The position numbers and the translations under genes are program-made. From positions 49,974 to 113,973 of the forward strand of contig NZ_MKTQ01000009.1 in assembly GCF_001898315.1 (NCBI RefSeq): a DNA stretch of 64,000 nt, in the 5' to 3' direction. The stretch is from Microbacterium sp. 70-16. Lineage in GTDB: Bacteria; Actinomycetota; Actinomycetes; Actinomycetales; Microbacteriaceae. This document shows positions 53,934 through 61,027 of this stretch, piece after piece. The notes below the pieces were generated by a model. The model was not told the DNA's origin and searched no databases. It saw only the letters and a list, made by a program, of their open reading frames with translations. The first letter of the stretch is position 1. Every line of letters starts with the position of its first letter.

Positions 53934-54668
53934 ATGACCTCACCCGCTGCCACCGCCGCCCTGCGCCGTCCCGACGGCTCCGCCCTTCGCGTCCTCGTCG
54001 TCGATGACGAGCAGATGCTGACCGACCTGCTCTCGATGGCACTGCGCATGGAGGGATGGGAGGTGCGCACGGCCGGCTCGGGCTTCGACGCCCTCAACGT
54101 CGCCCGCGAGTTCGACCCCGACGCCCTCGTGCTCGACATCATGATGCCCGACCTCGACGGCATGGCCGTGCTGCAGCGTCTGCGCCACTCGGGCAACGAT
54201 GTGCCGGTGCTGTTCCTCACGGCGAAGGACTCCGTCGCCGACCGCGTCGCGGGCCTGACCGCCGGCGGCGACGACTACGTCACCAAGCCGTTCAGCCTCG
54301 AGGAGGTCGTCGCTCGCCTGCGCGGACTCATGCGACGCGCCGGGAGTGCGACGGCGGGCGGCGAGGACCCGATCCTGCGGGTCGGCGAGCTGACCCTCAA
54401 CGAGGACTCGCACGAAGTCGAGCGCGCCGGCACCGAGATCGAGCTGACGGCGACCGAGTTCGAGCTGCTGCGCTTCCTCATGCGCAACCAGCGCCGCGTC
54501 GTCTCGAAGGCGCAGATCCTCGACCGCGTCTGGAACTACGACTTCGGCGGACGCTCGTCGGTCGTGGAGCTGTACATCTCGTACCTGCGCAAGAAGATCG
54601 ACGCGGGGCGCGAGCCGCTCATCCACACCGTGCGTGGCGTCGGCTACATGATCAAAGCACCGCAGTGA
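53934..54668 (+). CDS. Response regulator, OmpR/PhoB family
   Basis: Track ORF 53766..54668 trimmed to the ATG at 53934. The receiver domain has VLVVDDE and LDIMMPDLDG. The winged-helix output domain has LTATEFELLRFL and RGVGY. Confidence 0.93.
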   Translation: MTSPAATAALRRPDGSALRVLVVDDEQMLTDLLSMALRMEGWEVRTAGSGFDALNVAREFDPDALVLDIMMPDLDGMAVLQRLRHSGNDVPVLFLTAKDSVADRVAGLTAGGDDYVTKPFSLEEVVARLRGLMRRAGSATAGGEDPILRVGELTLNEDSHEVERAGTEIELTATEFELLRFLMRNQRRVVSKAQILDRVWNYDFGGRSSVVELYISYLRKKIDAGREPLIHTVRGVGYMIKAPQ

Positions 54669-56197
54669 GTGCGGTGACGGATGCCGCGGGGGTTGGTACT
54701 GTGTCTCCCTCGGCACGGCGCGGGCGGCGGCGCTGGAGCCTGCAGACCCGGCTGATCGTCACGGTCGTGTCGTTCGTCGCGCTGATCCTCATCGCGGTGG
54801 GCTTCGCGACGGGCACGATCCTGCGCTCGATCATGGTCGAGAACTTGGACAACCAGGTCAAGACGACGCCGATCCGGATCTTCCCCGGCGACACCGCCGA
54901 GCAGGTGCTCTCGGACGGTCGGCAAGAGCCGGGCACACTGCTGATCCTGAACACCTCGGGTGAGACGACGGGCGCCTATGTGAGTGCCGACTCGACCGTG
55001 GTCGCCCTCACCGAGGAGGAGATGGCGAACGTCATCGCCGAGACCACGCACCCCGGCCTCTCGACGATCTCCGTACCCGACCACGGCGAGTTCCGCGTGC
55101 TGTACGAGAGCTGGCCGAGCGGCGTGTTCGCGATCGTCGGGCTACCGACCTCTGAGCTCACCTCCACCGTCACCCAGATCCTCACGACGGTGGCGCTCCT
55201 CACCGTCGGTGGCCTCCTGCTGCTGTCGGCCGTCGTCGCCTGGGTCATCCGACGGGCCCTGCGCCCTCTGCGGACCGTCGCCGACACGGCGACGCGTGTC
55301 TCGGCGCAACCGCTCTCGTCGGGCGAGGTGACGATCAGTGAGCGCGTCCCGGCATCCGCTTCGGATGCCTCGGACGAGATCGGCGCCGTCGGTGCGGCGC
55401 TGAACACCCTGCTCGACCACGTCGACGAGTCGCTGACTGCGCGCCAGCGCAACGAAGAGCGCATGCGCGCGTTCGTCGCGGATGCCTCGCACGAGCTGCG
55501 CACGCCGCTCGCGGCGATCCGCGGGTACTCCGAACTGTCGCTGCGGGCGATCGGCCAGGCGCAGGCGGCGGGCACCCGCGTCACGAAGACGCAGCTCGCG
55601 GTCAGTGCCGAGCAGTCGCAGCAGGGGCTGGAGCGCATCCAGTCCGCGTCACTGCGGATGACGACCCTCGTCGAGGATCTGCTGCTGCTCGCGCGCCTCG
55701 ATGAGGGCAAGGAGCTCGTGTACGGCGCCGTCGACCTGTCGCGCGTCGTGGTCGATGCCGTGACGGATGCCCAGGTCGCCGGCCCCGACCACGAGTGGAT
55801 CATCGACGCGCCCGAAGACGCCGTCGTCGTCGCGGGCGATGCGACGCGCCTGCACCAGGTCGTCGCCAACCTGCTGACCAACGCGCGCGTGCACACCCCC
55901 GCGGGCACGCACGTGACCGCGAGTGTCGCGGTCGAAGACGGCCACGCGATCGTGCGCGTCGCCGATGACGGCCCCGGAATCGACCCTGCCGTCGCCGACG
56001 AGATCTTCGAGCGGTTCTCGCGGGCGGATGCCTCGCGCGCCCGTCAGACCGGCGGCACGGGCCTCGGCCTGTCGATCGCGAAGGCGATCGTGACGGCCCA
56101 CCACGGCACCATCACGGTCGACAGCGAACCCGGCGCGACGGTGTTCGAGATCCGCATCCCCGCCCGCCCCGCCGACCCGGAGGTCGCGGAGGCGTGA
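54665..56197 (+). CDS. Sensor histidine kinase (two TM helices, HAMP, HisKA, HATPase_c)
   Basis: Track ORF 54056..56197 trimmed to the GTG at 54665, which overlaps the RR stop (GTGA). H-box SHELRTPL, N-box NLLTNARVHTP, G-boxes DDGPGI and GGTGLGLSI. Confidence 0.92.
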   Translation: MSAVTDAAGVGTVSPSARRGRRRWSLQTRLIVTVVSFVALILIAVGFATGTILRSIMVENLDNQVKTTPIRIFPGDTAEQVLSDGRQEPGTLLILNTSGETTGAYVSADSTVVALTEEEMANVIAETTHPGLSTISVPDHGEFRVLYESWPSGVFAIVGLPTSELTSTVTQILTTVALLTVGGLLLLSAVVAWVIRRALRPLRTVADTATRVSAQPLSSGEVTISERVPASASDASDEIGAVGAALNTLLDHVDESLTARQRNEERMRAFVADASHELRTPLAAIRGYSELSLRAIGQAQAAGTRVTKTQLAVSAEQSQQGLERIQSASLRMTTLVEDLLLLARLDEGKELVYGAVDLSRVVVDAVTDAQVAGPDHEWIIDAPEDAVVVAGDATRLHQVVANLLTNARVHTPAGTHVTASVAVEDGHAIVRVADDGPGIDPAVADEIFERFSRADASRARQTGGTGLGLSIAKAIVTAHHGTITVDSEPGATVFEIRIPARPADPEVAEA

Positions 56198-56198
56198 G

Positions 56199-56398
56199 GG
56201 TGGCGCTGGGGTGGGGCATCCCACCTCGCTCTGGGAGTCGCGTGGTGCGGTCACCACTCGCGCGCTGCGATTCGGGTGGCGCCGCGGACCAGCTCAACAC
56301 CCGTAAGCTGGTCCAGCGCGACACCTGGAATGGCGCGCTGAAATCGAGGTGGCGCCACGGACCAGCTCAGCCGCGTTGATCTAGTCGGGAACGCCACC
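56199..56398. repeat. R2 hairpin repeats upstream of the DUF559 gene (one degenerate plus two good copies)
   Basis: A degenerate copy starts at 56199. Good copies are 56275-56325 (GGTGGCGCCGCGGACCAGCTC..AAGCTGGTCCAGCGCGACACC) and 56348-56398. Spacing is 73-76 bp. Confidence 0.8.
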
Positions 56399-56504
56399 CA
56401 AATGGCTTTTCATCCCCTCCTCCACAATGGGCCCCGCGGCGAAACTCTCCACATTTGGCCCACCTGCCGCCCCATGGACCGCCCGCCCGCGCCAGAGTGA
56501 CGGG

Positions 56505-57473
56505 ATGCCCACGTCACCGAGACCCCTCAACGCCGGACTCGGCGAGAGCTTCAGTGCCGCCGCGGCGCGGTCTGCGGGGCATCCGAAGAGTCGGCTCCGC
56601 GCGCGCGATCTCGAGAGTCCCTACCGGGGCGTCCACCGTCGCGTTTCACAGCCGGAGTCGCACGACGACGAACCATTCGCGCGGGATCGCGCCGAGCGCA
56701 CCCGCATCCTGCGCGACGCGGATGCCTATTTTCAGGTGGCACCTGAGCACGCATTCCTCGCCGGTCGCTCGGCCGCCGCGGTGTGGCGCCTGTTCTGCGC
56801 CGTCGGTGAGGAACTGTGCATCGGAGTCTTTGCCCCGCACCGGGCGCCGAGACGCCCTGGCATCCGCGGTGTGAAGGTCGCACCACACCTCGCGAGCATC
56901 CGTGTCGTCGACGGACTGCGAGTGACGAGCCCCGCGACGACGTGGGCGATGCTCGGCGGCGAGCTGTCGCACCGGGATCTCGTCGCCGCGGGCGACGCGA
57001 TCGTGCGCATCCCGCGCGGGGCGGGTGGGCGCAGGCATCCGGAAGAGCAGCTTGCGACGGTGGAACAGCTCGAAGCTGCGGCGGTCGCTCGGGGAAGGAA
57101 GCATCGTCCGGCACTTCTGCGTGCGCTCGCCGACATACGGATCGGGAGCATGTCACCCGGCGAGACCGACTATCGGCTGGCCGCCGCGGCGGCGGGGCTC
57201 CCGGAGCCTGCGCTCGATCAGGAGATTCGCGACGCCGCAGGGCGCCTTCTCGGAGTATCGGAGATCGTCTACCCCGACTACAAGACCGTCGTCGAGATCG
57301 AGGGCGACCACCACCGCACGAGCCGCGCCCAGTGGTTGCGCGACCTTCGCAAGTACGCGGACTACGCGCGCGAGGGCTACGAAGTGGTCCGCCTCACGGC
57401 GCGCCAGGGTGCCGGCGCCGAAGGGGCGACGCTCGTGCGCGAAGCGCTCACGCGGCGCGGGTGGCAAGGGTAG
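56505..57473 (+). CDS. DUF559 / Vsr-like PD-(D/E)xK endonuclease-domain protein
   Basis: Track ORF 56427..57473. I tentatively prefer the ATG at 56505 (MPTSPRPL), although neither start has a good RBS. The C-terminus is SPGETDYRL..YPDYKTVVEIEGDHHRTSRAQWLRDLRKYADYAREGYEVVRL. The N-terminal part resembles the domain usually fused to DUF559 in actinobacteria (LESPYRGVHRRV). Confidence 0.75.
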   Translation: MPTSPRPLNAGLGESFSAAAARSAGHPKSRLRARDLESPYRGVHRRVSQPESHDDEPFARDRAERTRILRDADAYFQVAPEHAFLAGRSAAAVWRLFCAVGEELCIGVFAPHRAPRRPGIRGVKVAPHLASIRVVDGLRVTSPATTWAMLGGELSHRDLVAAGDAIVRIPRGAGGRRHPEEQLATVEQLEAAAVARGRKHRPALLRALADIRIGSMSPGETDYRLAAAAAGLPEPALDQEIRDAAGRLLGVSEIVYPDYKTVVEIEGDHHRTSRAQWLRDLRKYADYAREGYEVVRLTARQGAGAEGATLVREALTRRGWQG

Positions 57474-57491
57474 TGCCCGCGCGCAGCCCAA

Positions 57492-57886
57492 GTGGCGCGC
57501 GCGACCAGTCTCTGTGTGGCGCGCCCGACGAGCTCGATGCCCTTGAGCTAGTCCGCGGCGCCACCTCCATGTAGGCCAGCAAATCTGGGTGGCACGCGGG
57601 ACCAGCTCAGCACCCCTGAACTGGTCCCCAGCGCCACCTCGATCGGCGCAAGTTGCCATACCCCGGGCGCAGCACCCAGCATGCCCGCGCACACCATCGA
57701 GGTGGCGCGCCGGACCATGTCAGCCGCCCGGAACTGGTCCGCCGCGCCACCTCGATGGGAGACGACAAATCCAGGTGGCGCGTGCGACCAGCTCGACGAC
57801 CCTGAGATAGTCCGCGGCGCCACCCCGATCGGCGCAAGATGCATGTCCAAGGCGCAGTACGCACAGGATGCCACGCGCAGTGCGCG
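57492..57886. repeat. R2 hairpin repeats downstream of the DUF559 gene (one truncated plus four good copies; ~186-bp unit duplicated)
   Basis: A truncated left arm lies at 57492-57512. Good copies are 57515-57565, 57588-57638, 57701-57751 and 57774-57824. The second and fourth copies are each followed by CGATCGGCGCAAGwTGC... tails, so 57515-57700 is homologous to 57701-57886. Confidence 0.85.
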
Positions 57887-57911
57887 AGCGCGCAGCACGC
57901 GCAGCGCGCGC

Positions 57912-59474
57912 TCAGTACCCCGAGAACGCGTCCGTGGTGAGGCCGTGGGCCTTCTCGAGGGCCGGGGCGAGGTCGGCGATCAGGCCGGGCGGGCCCGAGA
58001 TGAAGGCGTGCCGCGAGGCGAGGTCGGGCACGACGCGGTGCAGGCCCTCGGCATCCAGCCGCACGCCCTGCGCCCACGTCCAGTGCGCCGGCAGCGCGGC
58101 GGGCTCGTTGCGCGTGAAGACGATCACGGGGATGCCGGCATCTTCGAGGTCGTCGCGGAACGCGAGCTCCTCGGCATCCGACGCCACGTAGACGAACACG
58201 ACGTCGCGATGCGCGCCGGACAGGCGCAGGTGCCGCAGCTGCGACACGAACGGCGTCACGCCGATGCCCGCCGCCACCAGCAGCACGGGCGTCTCCGTGT
58301 TGTGTGGCAGCACGAAGTCGCCCCAGATGCCCGTGACCGACAGCTCCTTGCCCGGCTCGACGAGCGCGAGCGCCTTCTTGTAGGTCGACTGCGATCCGCG
58401 CCGCATCGCGAGCTTGACGACCGGCAGCTCTTCGGGCGCCGACACGATGCTGAACTCACGGCGCGTGCCGCGCGCGTCGGGGTGCGGGTGCGGAACCTCG
58501 AGCTCGAGATACTGCCCCGCCTCGAACCGCAGCATGCGGCTCGCGCGGAACGACAGCTCCTCGACGCTCGGCGTCAGCCGCTCGCGCCCGAGGAAGGTCA
58601 GCTGCAGCCGCGCCCGCGTGGCATACGCGAAGCCGAACGCGACGACGTTGCCGACGACGATCGCGGCTTCCGGCCCGAGCGTGAGACTGCCGATCGTGGG
58701 CGGCCAGCCCGCGAGCACACCCACGACGGCCGCGACGATGTACTGCTGCCAGCGGCGCGGCGGCTGCGTCAGCGGCTCGGAGAACATGAACGCCGCGAGG
58801 AAGAAGAACGGCGACTGCCACAGCACCGTCGTGATGAGCGTGCCCACGTCGATCGCGACACCGGCGCCGGCGTAGGCGACAGCGATGCGCGCGGCGTTCA
58901 CCGGCAGCGCGATCACGAGGAACAGCAGCACGGGCCGCAGCTTGTCGGCGCGCGCGACGACGAGCAGGCCCAGCACGATGACGGGCGCCGCGAGCGCCGG
59001 TGTGCCGACCCACCATCCGGCCGCCCCCAGCGCGTACGCGCCGCTGAGGATCGTGATGATCGACAGCACAGTCGCGCCGAGCGCCGCCGGGTTGAGGATG
59101 TGCCGCCCGCGCCAGGCGATGAGGTACTTGGATGCCGAGGCCACAGCACCCGCGATCGCGATGCCGACCAGGCCTGTGACATCGACGGTCGGGTACAGGA
59201 CGAACAACAGGATGCCTGCGGTGATGAGCGAGGATTCGATCCGCCACGTTCGACCGGTGATGCGCTGCCCGACGAGGTCGACGACGAGGCACGCCACGAC
59301 GAGCACGGCGCCGGTCGCGAGCAGCGTGAGTGGCGCCGGCGTCACGAGGCCGAACAGCGACAGCACAAGCGAGATCGCCGCGAGCAACCCCAGCGAGAGC
59401 AGCACCAGACGGTACATCGAGTAGCGGCCGACGACGGCGAGGAGGCGGTTCCAGACGGCGGTGAGTCTGCTCAT
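57912..59474 (-). CDS. Polytopic membrane domain fused to FNR-like FAD/NAD(P)H-binding oxidoreductase domain
   Basis: 520 aa. The N-terminal ~290 aa hold 8-10 TM helices with a GRHILNPAALG segment reminiscent of RnfD/NqrB, and almost no His, so it is unlikely to be a heme ferric-reductase domain. The C-terminal part has RREFSIVS (RxYS-type FAD motif) and AAGIGVTPF (NAD motif). Confidence 0.85.
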   Translation of the reverse strand: MSRLTAVWNRLLAVVGRYSMYRLVLLSLGLLAAISLVLSLFGLVTPAPLTLLATGAVLVVACLVVDLVGQRITGRTWRIESSLITAGILLFVLYPTVDVTGLVGIAIAGAVASASKYLIAWRGRHILNPAALGATVLSIITILSGAYALGAAGWWVGTPALAAPVIVLGLLVVARADKLRPVLLFLVIALPVNAARIAVAYAGAGVAIDVGTLITTVLWQSPFFFLAAFMFSEPLTQPPRRWQQYIVAAVVGVLAGWPPTIGSLTLGPEAAIVVGNVVAFGFAYATRARLQLTFLGRERLTPSVEELSFRASRMLRFEAGQYLELEVPHPHPDARGTRREFSIVSAPEELPVVKLAMRRGSQSTYKKALALVEPGKELSVTGIWGDFVLPHNTETPVLLVAAGIGVTPFVSQLRHLRLSGAHRDVVFVYVASDAEELAFRDDLEDAGIPVIVFTRNEPAALPAHWTWAQGVRLDAEGLHRVVPDLASRHAFISGPPGLIADLAPALEKAHGLTTDAFSGY

Positions 59475-59486
59475 GATTCTTCCAAC

Positions 59487-60410
59487 TTATCGGCGCACGA
59501 ACAGGTCGGCGCGGCATCCGGCCGACCATTCCAGACGCCCGTCGGTCGACATGCGCACCCACTGCGCGCCCCAGCGCGCGGCGAGCTCGGGCCCGCCGTC
59601 GAAGAAGAGCGCCGTTGCGAGGGCATCGGCGCTCATCGCGGTCGGGGCGACCGCCCACGTCGCGGCGTAGGTGCGCACGGGCTCGCCCGTGCGGGCGTCG
59701 AGCACGTGATGCAGCCCGCCAGATCCGACCGGGGCACCGAGCGGGTCGCCGAGCGCTGCCCCGAGCACGAGCCCCAGCCCCCACACCCGCCGGTTCACGG
59801 CCGACGCGCACAGCGCGCCATCGGTGACCTCCCACACCCCGATGGCCTTCGACGGGTCGAACGGGTGCTCGAGCGCGATGCGCTCGGCCCCGCCGCGCAC
59901 GGCGATGTCGCCGCTCGCGTCGACGACGAGCGGTGTGCCCGACCGCTCGACCAGGAGATCGGCGACGAGGTCGACGAGGCGGCCCTTGCCGAGCGCGCCG
60001 ACGTCGATGATGCCGGGCGCCGCCAGCCGCAGCGTCGCGTCCGTCCAGGTCAGTAGGTCGTGCCAGCGCTCCGGTGCCGGCAGTGCGCCGCGATCGACGA
60101 ATGAGTAGTCGGCGTCGTACCCGCGGTGCGCGAGCGATGCCCCGACGAGCGGGTTCACCGCGCCGGAGGTCGCCTCCGACAGCGCGACGAAGGCGCCCAA
60201 CATGTCCGCGGCATCCGCCGGCGCGTCGACCTCACCGCCGGCCGACAGCGCCGTCACGAGCGAGTCGCTGCGAAAGCGCGACCATTCCCGGTCGAACCGG
60301 TCGATGAGCGCATCGACCTCGGCGCGGACGCCTGTGCCCAGCGGCGCGGCCGTGTCGATCTGCCAGCGTGTGCCGATCGCGTCGAACGACCACGTGGCCG
60401 CGAGGCTCAT
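59487..60410 (-). CDS. apbE: FAD:protein FMN transferase (ApbE family)
   Basis: Track ORF 59487..60857 trimmed to the ATG at 60410, which overlaps the upstream stop. It encodes 307 aa and is ApbE-like (FDAIGTRWQI, VNPLVG, DVGALGKG, ALCASA). Confidence 0.88.
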   Translation of the reverse strand: MSLAATWSFDAIGTRWQIDTAAPLGTGVRAEVDALIDRFDREWSRFRSDSLVTALSAGGEVDAPADAADMLGAFVALSEATSGAVNPLVGASLAHRGYDADYSFVDRGALPAPERWHDLLTWTDATLRLAAPGIIDVGALGKGRLVDLVADLLVERSGTPLVVDASGDIAVRGGAERIALEHPFDPSKAIGVWEVTDGALCASAVNRRVWGLGLVLGAALGDPLGAPVGSGGLHHVLDARTGEPVRTYAATWAVAPTAMSADALATALFFDGGPELAARWGAQWVRMSTDGRLEWSAGCRADLFVRR

Positions 60411-60940
60411 GCGAGGGCTTCGGACTTGATCGTCTCGAGCGCGTTGTTGAAGCCGCCGCTGGTCAGCGACGAGCCGGCGACGCGGCTGACCGAGAGCGTG
60501 TCGATGTCCTGCCCGACGACTACGTCGGCGATGCCGCCGATGAAGGCCGTCTGGTACTGCTGCGACTGCGGGCTCGCGGCGTCGCCGGTCACCTCGACGG
60601 CCGTGACGATGTCGTCTTCGAGCGTGATCGTGACGCTGATCGTCTCTGAGGTGCCGCCGCCGTCGATGTAGGTGCCGTCGGCGGTGTAGGTGCCGTCGGT
60701 GTAGGTGCTCGTGGAGGTCGTGTCGGTCGACGAATCCGTCGACGAGTCGGTCGCCGAAGCCGACGCAGACGTCGACGTGTCGGTCGCACTCGACGAGGAC
60801 GAGGTTGAGGCCGAGGTCGAGGTGTCGGTCGTCTCGGCGCTCGCGTCTGCGGCGCATCCCGCGAGTGCGACGATGCCGACGACGGATGCCGCGGCGACGC
60901 CGGCGCGGACGGGACGGGGAACGGCGGTGGTACGGATCAT
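60407..60940 (-). CDS. FMN-binding-domain lipoprotein with Ser/Thr/Asp-rich linker
   Basis: Track ORF 60407..61027 trimmed to the ATG at 60940 (AGGAGG 7 nt upstream). A signal peptide with lipobox LAGC is followed by a ~55-aa S/T/D low-complexity linker. The C-terminal ~90 aa are FMN_bind-like, with VSRVAGSSLTSGGF at the usual flavinylation motif position. Confidence 0.8.
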   Translation of the reverse strand: MIRTTAVPRPVRAGVAAASVVGIVALAGCAADASAETTDTSTSASTSSSSSATDTSTSASASATDSSTDSSTDTTSTSTYTDGTYTADGTYIDGGGTSETISVTITLEDDIVTAVEVTGDAASPQSQQYQTAFIGGIADVVVGQDIDTLSVSRVAGSSLTSGGFNNALETIKSEALA

Positions 60941-61027
60941 GGTGGGTCCTCCTGCTGTCGTGCTCCGCTGGTCGCGGTGGCGTGTGACCACGTTAACGCC
61001 GCAGATCTGGCACCGGCTCTGCGTCAC

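Noticed and set aside
56427-56504. Longer start (ATG 56427) for the DUF559 protein.
   Set aside because: This is not firmly rejected. Neither start has a good RBS. The extra 26 aa (MGPAAKLSTFGPPAAPWTARPRQSDG) look unstructured and begin only 29 nt after the last hairpin repeat, so I report 56505 and flag the uncertainty.
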